NCBI GenBank assembly: GCA_015061035.1
Contig: SUXK01000002.1
Location: 73,628-137,627 of the forward strand
From: Bacteroidales bacterium
Lineage (GTDB): Bacteria > Bacteroidota > Bacteroidia > Bacteroidales > G3-4614
Direction: 5' to 3'
Length of the DNA: 64,000 nucleotides
The notes under the pieces were generated by a model. It was given only the letters and a program-made list of their open reading frames with translations. It ran no database searches and had not been told where the DNA came from. The translations under genes and the position numbers were made by a program. Positions 48,235 to 58,847 of the stretch are shown piece after piece. Positions within the stretch are counted from its first letter, which is position 1; each line of letters starts with the position of its first letter.

Positions 48235-48297
48235 ATGGTTATGCGTGAGGTTAAAAACGGGTTTAATTAACTTTATGTATAACTAAAATAAATCTGT

Positions 48298-50346
48298 ATG
48301 AAATTTAAAAACTACACAAAACATTTAGTGGCATTTATAATGCTATTGACAACACTACATGCATATGCAGCATCAGTTGGAGATTCATTTTCCTATGAAT
48401 GTGAAAATGGGAAATATCTTATCTTTGAGATTACGCATAGTAATACTATAAAACTAACACAGGTAGATGATTACGAATGTACCGGAGAGGTAATTATACC
48501 ATTTTTAGTTAATTTTGATGCTTCGAGTTACATTGTAACAGAGATTGGAGATTGGGCTTGTGATAGCAGAAAAAATATTACATCTGTTACAATACCTGAA
48601 AGTGTTACAAAAATTGGCAATAATGCATTTAACAATTGTAACAGTTTAACAACTATCACTATTCCCAAAAGTGTAACGGAGATAGGAGAGAGAGCTTTTG
48701 CTGGATGCGATAACTTGACTGCTATTAATGTTGACAGTAATAATCTACACTATACTTCAGAAGAGGGAGTATTATTTAACATAGAAAAAACAAAACTTAT
48801 GCAATGTCCTCCTGCAAAATATGGAACATACACAATTCCTGATGGTGTTGACATTATTGAAGATTACGCATTTGCAGATAGTAAACTTACATCTATTATT
48901 ATACCCAATAGCGTTACAAAAATAGGTGAGAGTGTTTTTGATGAGGCTCAAAATCTAACATCTATAGAAATTCCCAATAGCGTTACATCTTTGGGTGAGT
49001 ATCTTTTTGGGGAATGTTCAAGTTTAACTGATGTAAAACTATCTAATAACATTACAACAATACCTGTTGGCTGTTTTGCAGAATGTATAGGTTTAACCTC
49101 TATAACTATTCCTAATGGTGTAACAACTATTGATGAAGAAGCATTTTGCGGAACTGGTTTGACATCAATAAATTTCCCTGAGAGTGTAAAGGTCATTGGT
49201 GATTATGCTTTTGCATGGAGCAGATTGACATCAGTAGTAATTCCCGAAGGTGTTGAAACAATAGGAGAAGCTGCTTTCGCTTATAGTGATCCATTAACAG
49301 CAATTAATGTAGCAGAAGATAACAAATACTTTACGTCTCAAAATGGAGTATTGTTTAACAAAACAAAAACAACGCTTATTCAATATCCTTGTGGGAAACA
49401 AGGTGGATATGCAATTCCAAATACTGTAAATACTATTGCAGAGAGTGCATTTGAGGGATGTAAAAATTTAACATCTGTAACAATTCCTCAAAGTGTAAAC
49501 ACAATAGAAATTTACGCTTTTTATGAGTGTGAAAGTTTAGTTTCTGTATCAATACCAGAAGGCATTTCCACCATTGAAGAAATGACTTTTTTGGGCTGTA
49601 CAAGTTTAAAATGGGTAAATATACCAAGCAGCGTAAATAATATTAAAAATTCAGCCTTTGAGAAATGTAAAAGTTTAACATCTGTAACTATTCCAGAAGG
49701 AGTAACTACTATTGAGGACAATGCTTTTGAGGAGTGTTCAAATTTGACATATATTACTATTCCTAATAGTGTTAATAGTATAGGAGCATATTGCTTTTCG
49801 GACTGTGAAAATTTAAAATCTGCAATTATACCAGAGGGAGTTACTATAATTAAAGAATCCACTTTTGGGAACTGCTCAAGTTTAAAATGGGTGAAAATAC
49901 CTATGAGCGTTTCTATTATTTCACAAAACGCATTCCTTGATTGTAATAGTTTATCTGAAATTTTTGTATTGAGTACTATTCCTCCAACATTATCTTATGG
50001 GTTTGATGAAGGTATGCCTTTCTATAGTGTTAACAAATCAATTCCTGTATATATTCCTATCGGTTCTATTTCCAAATATAAGTCAGCAGAGGGTTGGTGC
50101 GAATTTACAAATTTTGTAGAGACAGACTTTACGGGCATTAAAGAAAGTGAGATTTCTGCTCCAGAAATTAAGATTATTAATGGGAACAATATTGCCATTA
50201 ACGATTACTATGGCAAACTACGTGTTGTAAGCATATCAGGACAAGTTATTAAAGAGATAACAGTTAATGGCTCAACTCAAATTACATTACCTAAGGGTGC
50301 TTATATTATTGTTACCGAGAATAAATCTCAAAAGGTAGTTTTGTAA
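48298..50346 (+). CDS. BspA-type leucine-rich-repeat surface protein with a T9SS C-terminal sorting domain
   Basis: 682 aa with a signal peptide and about 20 repeats of the IP.SVT.IG..AF..C..LTS type. The C-terminal ~80 aa beta-domain ends ...KGAYIIVTENKSQKVVL. Confidence 0.85.
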   Translation: MKFKNYTKHLVAFIMLLTTLHAYAASVGDSFSYECENGKYLIFEITHSNTIKLTQVDDYECTGEVIIPFLVNFDASSYIVTEIGDWACDSRKNITSVTIPESVTKIGNNAFNNCNSLTTITIPKSVTEIGERAFAGCDNLTAINVDSNNLHYTSEEGVLFNIEKTKLMQCPPAKYGTYTIPDGVDIIEDYAFADSKLTSIIIPNSVTKIGESVFDEAQNLTSIEIPNSVTSLGEYLFGECSSLTDVKLSNNITTIPVGCFAECIGLTSITIPNGVTTIDEEAFCGTGLTSINFPESVKVIGDYAFAWSRLTSVVIPEGVETIGEAAFAYSDPLTAINVAEDNKYFTSQNGVLFNKTKTTLIQYPCGKQGGYAIPNTVNTIAESAFEGCKNLTSVTIPQSVNTIEIYAFYECESLVSVSIPEGISTIEEMTFLGCTSLKWVNIPSSVNNIKNSAFEKCKSLTSVTIPEGVTTIEDNAFEECSNLTYITIPNSVNSIGAYCFSDCENLKSAIIPEGVTIIKESTFGNCSSLKWVKIPMSVSIISQNAFLDCNSLSEIFVLSTIPPTLSYGFDEGMPFYSVNKSIPVYIPIGSISKYKSAEGWCEFTNFVETDFTGIKESEISAPEIKIINGNNIAINDYYGKLRVVSISGQVIKEITVNGSTQITLPKGAYIIVTENKSQKVVL

Positions 50347-50409
50347 TTATTAGTTTTAGGTATCATAAACTCAACTACCTTATGGGTAGTTATTAGAATA
50401 ATGAACCAC

Positions 50410-50443
50410 AAAAAAACGATGTGTCTAATGGCACATCGTTTTT
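50410..50443. terminator. Bidirectional terminator between the LRR gene and groEL
   Basis: A run, 9-bp stem aacgatgtg/cacatcgtt, then a T run. Confidence 0.75.
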
Positions 50444-50467
50444 GCTATATTGAGTTATTGGGGAATA

Positions 50468-52120
<1,653 letters not shown>

Positions 52121-52146
52121 TTAGATTAGATTTAATTTATAAACTT

Positions 52147-52419
52147 TTATTTTATGATTGCAAGTATATCTGATTGACGCATTATTAGGTATTTTACTCC
52201 GTCAAACTCTACTTCTGTTCCTGAGTATTTGCCATATAATACATTATCGCCTTGTTTTACTACCATCTCTTCATCTTTTGTTCCGTTACCTGTTGCAATA
52301 ACTTCGCCTTGAAGTGGTTTCTCTTTTGCTGAATCTGGAATTATAATTCCGCTTACTGTTTTCTCTTGTACAGGTGCTGGTTTTACCAATACTCTGTCTG
52401 CTAATGGTTTAATCTCCAT
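52147..52419 (-). CDS. groES: Co-chaperonin GroES
   Basis: 90 aa starting [14 protein letters not shown], immediately upstream of groEL. Confidence 0.97.
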   Translation of the reverse strand: MEIKPLADRVLVKPAPVQEKTVSGIIIPDSAKEKPLQGEVIATGNGTKDEEMVVKQGDNVLYGKYSGTEVEFDGVKYLIMRQSDILAIIK

Positions 52420-52623
52420 AATTTCATATTTTTTAATGTTAATATATATCTTTAATTACAAAGGTTTGTTCTCCTTTGTTAATATAACAACCAATTTTGT
52501 GCCAAACTTTTTATATAGGCATTTATTCATTAAAAAGTGACAAAAAGGCAGAACAACGCAACCTTGCGACTGACAAGATTGCGTTTATTTATAACAATTA
52601 TATCTTATGGTTGGTTGAAGAAA

Positions 52624-52649
52624 GAAGGATAGAGAAATCTCTACCCTTC
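52624..52649 (-). terminator. Terminator after the tryptophanase-like gene
   Basis: Stem gaagg(a)tagag/ctcta(c)ccttc, followed by UUUCUUC on the minus strand. Confidence 0.6.
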
Positions 52650-52655
52650 TTATGT

Positions 52656-54107
52656 TTATAGACTATCGCCAAAATCTTCGCGGAATTTAGCAGCAAGTTT
52701 CTCTTGCCAATCACCTATTGGTGTTAATTTTCCGAAGAAGAAGCGCAACACATCTGGTTCTTCTACCCACTTCAAACCTCCAATTAGGTGACGATTGTCG
52801 TATAGCCATTTTACACGGTCAGCACAATATTTAATTTGTGATAGTGTAAACACGCGACGTGGACATGCCAAACGTACTAACTCCATCTCTGCAAAGTTTT
52901 CGCTTCCATCAGGGTTACGTTGCTCTGATAATGATCCTCGCTCCATACCACGAATACCTCCTGCTATGTATAGTGCTGTTGCTAATGCTCCTGCCGGATA
53001 TTGACTTTGTGGTATATGTTTTAAAAACTCCATTGCATTGATATGAGCCCCTAATCCTCCTGCTGGTAATATCATTGGGACTCCGTAATCGTTCAACTCT
53101 TTTACTAAGTACTCAATAAAGATTGGTCCTTGATTGATGATCTCCTCATCAAGTGTCTCCAACAATCCTACTGCCATTGCCTCCATTGAACGCACCTCCA
53201 TACCTCCGTATGTTAGGAATCCTTCATATAAAGGAATATACTCTTTCATCTTCAAAATCAACTTCTCGTTGTTTGATACAATTGCGCCACCACGTGCAAA
53301 TCCTAATTTACGGCTTGAGAAATAGATTAAATCCATCTTTTCGCAAAGAGTACGCATAATTTCTTTGATAGTCATGTTTTTGCATGCTTCTTCACGAGTC
53401 TTTATGAAGTATAGGTTATCTTGTAGCAACGATGCATCTAATACGCTTAATATGCCGTTTTTCTTACACACCTCTGCTACTTGTAACATATTCTCTAATG
53501 AAAGAGGTTGTCCTCCTACAAGGTTTGTTCCTGCCTCAATACGAACAAATGGTACGTGATCTGCTCCTACCTCTTCAATTAATTTCTCTAATGCCGGTAT
53601 ATCAAAGTTTCCTTTGAATGGGTTATCACTTTGTGGTAGTAATCCCTCGGGACGGATTAATTCAACTACTGATCCTCCTTTACGTGTAATGTGTGCTTTT
53701 GTTGTTGTAAAGTGAAAGTTCATTGGAACAACATCTCCTGGTTTTACGAATGTTTCGGCAAGAATGTTCTCACATGCACGTCCTTGGTGTGCTGGTAAAA
53801 AATATTCTGTTCCGAACACCTCTTTTATTACCTTCAATAAGCGGTTACATGTTTCAGAGCCTGCGTATGAGTCGTCGGCTTGCATCATTGCTGCAACTTG
53901 ATTGTCGGACATTGCATTAACTCCTGAGTCGGTAAGCATATCCATAAATACATCGCGATTTTGCAAAAGGAATGTATTATTTCCTGCCTCTGCCAATTTT
54001 TTCACACGCTCTTCAACTGCGGGAAGATATAATTTTTGTACAACACGTACCTTGTGCATTTCCAAGGGTACTTGCTCTTCTGATTTGTAAAATTTTACTG
54101 TTGCCAT
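52656..54107 (-). CDS. Beta-eliminating lyase of the tryptophanase / tyrosine phenol-lyase family
   Basis: 483 aa. It is collinear with E. coli TnaA motifs as I recall them (FLL...DVF.D.LTDSG, MM..DD.Y.GS, FKGNFD, GGQP.SL.N, DA.R...N.YFIK.RE). Confidence 0.85.
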   Translation of the reverse strand: MATVKFYKSEEQVPLEMHKVRVVQKLYLPAVEERVKKLAEAGNNTFLLQNRDVFMDMLTDSGVNAMSDNQVAAMMQADDSYAGSETCNRLLKVIKEVFGTEYFLPAHQGRACENILAETFVKPGDVVPMNFHFTTTKAHITRKGGSVVELIRPEGLLPQSDNPFKGNFDIPALEKLIEEVGADHVPFVRIEAGTNLVGGQPLSLENMLQVAEVCKKNGILSVLDASLLQDNLYFIKTREEACKNMTIKEIMRTLCEKMDLIYFSSRKLGFARGGAIVSNNEKLILKMKEYIPLYEGFLTYGGMEVRSMEAMAVGLLETLDEEIINQGPIFIEYLVKELNDYGVPMILPAGGLGAHINAMEFLKHIPQSQYPAGALATALYIAGGIRGMERGSLSEQRNPDGSENFAEMELVRLACPRRVFTLSQIKYCADRVKWLYDNRHLIGGLKWVEEPDVLRFFFGKLTPIGDWQEKLAAKFREDFGDSL

Positions 54108-54284
54108 TGTGTTTATAAATTATTTTTTTGATTTATTATTTAACGAGTTGTAAATTTAAATCCATTTGCCAAATTAAAAAACTTTTTGCTATAAAAAAAG
54201 AAGCATCTCCTTTTTTTTATAAAATTTTGATTTATTTGTTTTATCTTCAGTTATAATATTTTTTTATATTTCATTCTTTGTTTG

Positions 54285-54292
54285 TATTTTTG
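54285..54292 (+). promoter_or_regulatory. -7 box TAttTTTG for recQ
   Basis: Exact TAnnTTTG, 28 nt before the ATG at 54320. Confidence 0.4.
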
Positions 54293-54319
54293 AAGCAAGC
54301 ATACTACAACAACTGATTT

Positions 54320-56221
54320 ATGCACGAGAATATTCATGACATACTTAAGCGGTATTGGGGATACGACTCTTTTCGCTCTCTTCAAGAGGATATTATAAAC
54401 TCTGTTTTGAATGGTAAAGACACCTTAGGTCTTATGCCCACAGGTGGCGGAAAGTCTATTACGTTTCAAGTTCCAGCATTAGCAATGGAAGGTACCGCTA
54501 TTGTGGTTACTCCGCTTATTTCGTTAATGAAAGACCAAGTGGATCATTTACGTGATTTACATATTAAAGCCACTTACATTCACTCTGGGATGAGCAGAAG
54601 AGAGACAAATATCGCTCTTGAAAACTGTATATTTGGTAATTATAAATTCCTGTATGTTTCGCCCGAGCGTTTGAGTAGCGAAATGTTTTTAGAGAAATTT
54701 AAACAGATGAGTATTTCTATGATTGTTGTGGATGAGGCTCACTGTATTTCGCAATGGGGTTACGACTTTAGACCCGCATACGTTAATATTGCCGAGATTA
54801 GAAAGATTTTCCCTTCGGCTCCTGTTCTTGCTCTTACCGCTACCGCTACTCCCGAAGTTGTGAAGGATATTCAAAGTAAACTACTATTTAAAAAAGAGAA
54901 TGTTTTTAAAAAGAGTTTTGCTCGTAAAAATATTGCTTACGTTGTTAGAGAGTGCGATGATAAAAACGGAGAACTCGTTAGGATTTTAAACCGCGTTAAG
55001 GGGTGCGCTATTGTTTATGTTCGTAATCGCAAACGCACCAAAGAGGTTGCTTTGGATTTGCAAAGTTGTGGTTTTTCTGCTGATTTTTTTCATGCAGGAT
55101 TAGGTAATGAAGATAAGAACCAAAAACAGCAACGTTGGAAAGATGATGAGTGCAGGGTTATTGTTGCCACTAATGCTTTTGGTATGGGTATTGACAAACC
55201 CAACGTAAGGGTTGTTATTCATATGGATTTACCTAATTCTCCCGAAGAGTATTTTCAAGAGGCTGGGCGTGCAGGACGTGACGGAAAGAAGGCTTACGCT
55301 GTTATCCTATACTCTAAAAACGATAAGACTAAATTAAATAAACGTGTTGCCGACTCGTTCCCTGAAAAGGAGTTTATTATTCGTTGTTACGATGCTCTTT
55401 GCGACTTTTACGAGGTGGCTGTTGGCTCGGGTGAGGGTTTAGTTAAGGAGTTTGATATTAATAAATTCTGCTCTATATATAAGTTGCCTATTTTAACTGC
55501 ATACAATGCTATTAAGATTATTGAACTTTGTGGGTACGTTGAGTACGTTGAGAATGTTGATGCCGCTGCAAGAATGATGTTCTTAATTGATAGGGATGAG
55601 TTATACAATTGGCAGGCTCAGCATCAAAATGAGGAGAATGTTTTGGAGTGTGCCATGCGTTCGTATAGCGGAATGTTCTCAGAGTATGCTTATATTAACG
55701 AAGATCAACTTGCTCGTCGCACTGCATTGTCGCATAAGGAGGTTTGCGAGGCTTTGATTTCGTTAAGCAGACAAAGGATTATTCATTATATTCCAAGACG
55801 ACAGAATCCTTATATATTCTTCTCTGCTCCACGAGAGGCTACCAAATATGTGAATATTCCGAAGGATGTTTATGAGGAGAGAAAAGAGAGATTCCAAAAG
55901 AGAATTGAGAGCATGATTACTTACGCTACTCACGATAAGAAGTGCCGACAACTTTTACTGCTCGAATATTTTGGAGAGAAAGATGGTAAATGTTGCCAAA
56001 TTTGCGATAACTGTTTAAATAGTGATAATAACGAAGTTGATAAAAGGGATTTTGCTGAGATTGAGGGCAAATTAAATGAACTCCTTAGCGTTAATGCTTG
56101 TAATATCAACCAAATTGTTAACGCTCTTCCGTTCAACAGAGATAAGATTATAGAGGTTGTTCGTTTCTTAGTTGATGAGGGTTATATTATTTATGATGAG
56201 CCTTTATATAGATTAAAATAA
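54320..56221 (+). CDS. recQ: ATP-dependent DNA helicase RecQ
   Basis: 633 aa with the MPTGGGKS, DEAHCISQWGYDFRP, TATAT and QE.GRAGRDG motifs, plus a CxxCDNC zinc motif. Confidence 0.95.
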   Translation: MHENIHDILKRYWGYDSFRSLQEDIINSVLNGKDTLGLMPTGGGKSITFQVPALAMEGTAIVVTPLISLMKDQVDHLRDLHIKATYIHSGMSRRETNIALENCIFGNYKFLYVSPERLSSEMFLEKFKQMSISMIVVDEAHCISQWGYDFRPAYVNIAEIRKIFPSAPVLALTATATPEVVKDIQSKLLFKKENVFKKSFARKNIAYVVRECDDKNGELVRILNRVKGCAIVYVRNRKRTKEVALDLQSCGFSADFFHAGLGNEDKNQKQQRWKDDECRVIVATNAFGMGIDKPNVRVVIHMDLPNSPEEYFQEAGRAGRDGKKAYAVILYSKNDKTKLNKRVADSFPEKEFIIRCYDALCDFYEVAVGSGEGLVKEFDINKFCSIYKLPILTAYNAIKIIELCGYVEYVENVDAAARMMFLIDRDELYNWQAQHQNEENVLECAMRSYSGMFSEYAYINEDQLARRTALSHKEVCEALISLSRQRIIHYIPRRQNPYIFFSAPREATKYVNIPKDVYEERKERFQKRIESMITYATHDKKCRQLLLLEYFGEKDGKCCQICDNCLNSDNNEVDKRDFAEIEGKLNELLSVNACNINQIVNALPFNRDKIIEVVRFLVDEGYIIYDEPLYRLK

Positions 56222-56254
56222 CATAACTCTATTAGGATTTATATTTTAAATTTG

Positions 56255-56262
56255 TACTTTTG
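56255..56262 (+). promoter_or_regulatory. -7 box TActTTTG for the DUF3298-like gene
   Basis: Exact TAnnTTTG, 25 nt before the ATG at 56287. Confidence 0.4.
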
Positions 56263-56286
56263 TATATCACACATATTTTATTTATT

Positions 56287-57114
56287 ATGAAAAAATTTAT
56301 TTTTATTATCTCTATTGCATTGGTATGCTTTAGTTGTATAAATAACTCTAATAAATCGAGTGTCAGCAAAATAACTGAAGAGAGTAATTTTCCCTCTGAC
56401 AAACTGGAGTTTACCTCTTTGTCGGACACTACCATATATCACTTAGCCAACAAGAGTGATATGCCTAAATATGAAATTATTACAAATATTGTTTATCCGT
56501 TAGCAAACGGTGTTGCTGGTGATGATAATCTTCTTACTAAAGATTTTATTTCAAATTGTATTGGTAAAGAGTACTCTAAAAAGGAGAATACCGAAGAGGC
56601 TCTTAATTCCTTGACTAAAGATTTAATTAAAAATTATATTACAGAGGTCTGCGGTACTACTCCAGAGAATAAGATAGAGGGAGAGAGTTGGATGAATTAT
56701 GAATATATCTTAAGTAACGATATTTTATATAATGCTCATGGCATTTTAAGTTACTCTTGCGATACATACGTTTACACTGGTGGTGCTCACGGTTTAAACA
56801 CAACTTTGTGCTATGTGTATGATTTTTACGACAACAAAGAAGTTTTGATTAACTCTATTTTTAAAGAGGAGTCTTTACCTAATGTTTTATCTCTGATCAA
56901 AGAGGAACTTGCTCGTGAAGAGTATGCTGATGACATTGACATGGATAATGTTAATGTCACTGAGAACTTCTTTGTTGATGATGAGGGTATTCACTGGATA
57001 TACAATCCTTATGAGATTGCGCCTTATGCATTAGGTGCAATAGAGGTCTCTATCCCCTACTCTGATATTGAGAAATATATGATTGATAATACTCCTATAA
57101 AAAGTTTATTATAA
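56287..57114 (+). CDS. DUF4163/DUF3298-like lipoprotein
   Basis: The start is reassigned to MKKFIFIISIALVCFSC (lipobox). The C-terminal YTGGAHG...Y.IAPYA.G motif is typical of DUF3298. Confidence 0.75.
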   Translation: MKKFIFIISIALVCFSCINNSNKSSVSKITEESNFPSDKLEFTSLSDTTIYHLANKSDMPKYEIITNIVYPLANGVAGDDNLLTKDFISNCIGKEYSKKENTEEALNSLTKDLIKNYITEVCGTTPENKIEGESWMNYEYILSNDILYNAHGILSYSCDTYVYTGGAHGLNTTLCYVYDFYDNKEVLINSIFKEESLPNVLSLIKEELAREEYADDIDMDNVNVTENFFVDDEGIHWIYNPYEIAPYALGAIEVSIPYSDIEKYMIDNTPIKSLL

Positions 57115-57125
57115 TTTATTTAATT

Positions 57126-57761
57126 ATGGAGAAGATAAAAAAATACTTCAAAAATCTTACTGATACTCAAATTACTCAATTTGAAGCATTAGATGCTCTA
57201 TATCGTGATTGGAACGAGAAGATTAATGTTATTTCACGTAAGGATATTGACAACCTTTACGAACACCATATTTTACACTCGCTGGCTATTGCTAAAATTA
57301 TAGAGTTTACTCCTGGAAGTAAGATTTTAGATGTTGGCACTGGCGGTGGTTTTCCCGGTATTCCTTTGGCTATTATGTTCCCCGAGTGTCAATTTTTACT
57401 TGTTGACCGAACTGGCAAAAAGATAAGGGTTGCCGAAGATATTGCAAATCAAATTGGATTGAAGAATGTATCACTTCGCCAATGTGGTGTTGAAGAGGAG
57501 AAGGGTTTGTTCGACTTTGTTGTTAGCCGTGCTGCAATGCCTATGAACGAACTTTTTAGAATTAGCCGTAAGAATGTTGCTAAACAACAACAGAATGCAC
57601 TGCCTAATGGTATTATTGCTTTGAAAGGTGGCGACCTTACAGCCGAAGCCGCTCCGTTTAAAAACATTCAGGTAACTTATGAACTTTCGGAGTTCTTTGA
57701 AGAGGAGTTCTTTGAAACTAAAAAGGCTCTGTTTGTTCCTGTTACAAATCGTAATAAATAG
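57126..57761 (+). CDS. rsmG: 16S rRNA (guanine527-N7)-methyltransferase
   Basis: 211 aa with the SAM motif DVGTGGGFPGIPLAI and the RsmG N-terminal helix pattern. Confidence 0.92.
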   Translation: MEKIKKYFKNLTDTQITQFEALDALYRDWNEKINVISRKDIDNLYEHHILHSLAIAKIIEFTPGSKILDVGTGGGFPGIPLAIMFPECQFLLVDRTGKKIRVAEDIANQIGLKNVSLRQCGVEEEKGLFDFVVSRAAMPMNELFRISRKNVAKQQQNALPNGIIALKGGDLTAEAAPFKNIQVTYELSEFFEEEFFETKKALFVPVTNRNK

Positions 57762-57792
57762 TAAAAATAAAGAACTTATAACGCTTTAAAAT

Positions 57793-58434
57793 ATGCTTAA
57801 GGTTAAATGTTTTGTTTGCAACTCTTTTTATGAGAATAGTTATGTTGTTTATGATAGCAACACTAAAGAGTGTGCAATTATTGATGCCGGTTTTTATTAT
57901 GGTGATGAAGAGGATGCAGTGTCTTATTTCATAGAGAGTAACAATTTAACTGTTAAGCATCTAATAAATACGCACTTACATTTGGACCATTGCTTTGGTG
58001 CAGAGTATATTTCAAAACGATATAATGTTGGTTTGAGTTGTGATGATGCTGATGAACTATTGCTAAAACTTATTCCTCAACAATGCGAAATGTTTGGTAT
58101 CAGACTAAACTCTACCGTTCCCGTTCTTAGAAATATTATTAAAGAGGGCGACAAGATTGAGATCGGTAACTACTCGCTTGTTGCCATTAGTGTTCCCGGA
58201 CACTCTCCCGGTAGTTTATGCTACTACTGCAAAGAGGAAGGTATTTTATTCTCGGGTGATGTTCTCTTTAAAGAGAGTATTGGCAGAACTGATTTACAAG
58301 GCGGAAGTTACAAGGCTTTAAGCGAAAATATCACCTCTAAAATTTTTACTCTACCCGACTCTACTATTGTTTATTGTGGGCATGGTCCTACAACTACTAT
58401 TGGTTATGAGAAGGAGTATAATCCTTATTTTTAA
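57793..58434 (+). CDS. MBL-fold metallo-hydrolase (glyoxalase II-like)
   Basis: 213 aa with the THLHLDH motif, a GHSPGS motif and a GD...GR.D motif. Confidence 0.9.
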   Translation: MLKVKCFVCNSFYENSYVVYDSNTKECAIIDAGFYYGDEEDAVSYFIESNNLTVKHLINTHLHLDHCFGAEYISKRYNVGLSCDDADELLLKLIPQQCEMFGIRLNSTVPVLRNIIKEGDKIEIGNYSLVAISVPGHSPGSLCYYCKEEGILFSGDVLFKESIGRTDLQGGSYKALSENITSKIFTLPDSTIVYCGHGPTTTIGYEKEYNPYF

Positions 58435-58516
58435 ATTAGAAATTAGTTTGGTTCTTTGTGCCAATTAGAGATTAGTAATTAAATTCCTAATTTCTCATTC
58501 CTAACTCCTAATTATC
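58433..58516 (-). repeat. Mosaic intergenic repeat, copy C (head plus tail, central hairpins missing)
   Basis: The reverse complement reads gatAATTAGGAgTTAGGAATGAGAAATTAGGAATTT-AATTACTAATCTCTAATTGGCACAAAGAACCAAACTAATTTC. The head overlaps the last 5 codons and the stop of the DUF1294 gene. Confidence 0.7.
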
Positions 58517-58773
58517 ATATAAAACATTACTATCTGCGCAATCAGTATCAATGGTACGCCGATTGTAAACTTTTTGTGTTTGGTTTTGTGGCGGAACATT
58601 TTCATTGCTAATAATGCTCCAACTGAGCCGCCTAATAGTGCTGTTGTTATGAGTGTTTTCTCTGGTATTCTCCACTTTGACTTTTTTGATTTGTATTTGT
58701 CTATTGCATAGAGAATATAGGCAAACAGATTTATTGCTACTAAATATATTGCTATCAGGTATTGATATTTCAT
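58501..58773 (-). CDS. DUF1294 membrane protein
   Basis: 90 aa with a DKYKSKKSKWRIPEKTL motif and a GG..GA...M..FRHKT motif. Confidence 0.85.
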   Translation of the reverse strand: MKYQYLIAIYLVAINLFAYILYAIDKYKSKKSKWRIPEKTLITTALLGGSVGALLAMKMFRHKTKHKKFTIGVPLILIAQIVMFYMIIRS

Positions 58774-58791
58774 ATTATCTTATTTAAAAAT

Positions 58792-58820
58792 AGAAGGTGT
58801 GTCTTAACGACACACCTTCT
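58792..58820 (-). terminator. Intrinsic terminator after glgP
   Basis: Perfect 12-bp stem agaaggtgtgtc/gacacaccttct with a 5-nt loop, followed by AUUUUUAAAU on the minus strand. Confidence 0.8.
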
Positions 58821-58847
58821 GGTTTTTCATAGTATAGATTTGCTCTA

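Noticed and set aside
48079-48270. 63-codon plus-strand ORF upstream of the LRR gene.
   Set aside because: It has a non-ATG start, runs through a strong stem plus T8 terminator, and coincides with extensive nested base pairing. It is better explained as structured RNA.
52420-52655. CIRCE/HrcA operator upstream of groES.
   Set aside because: The consensus TTAGCACTC-N9-GAGTGCTAA, or a near match, is not present on either strand.
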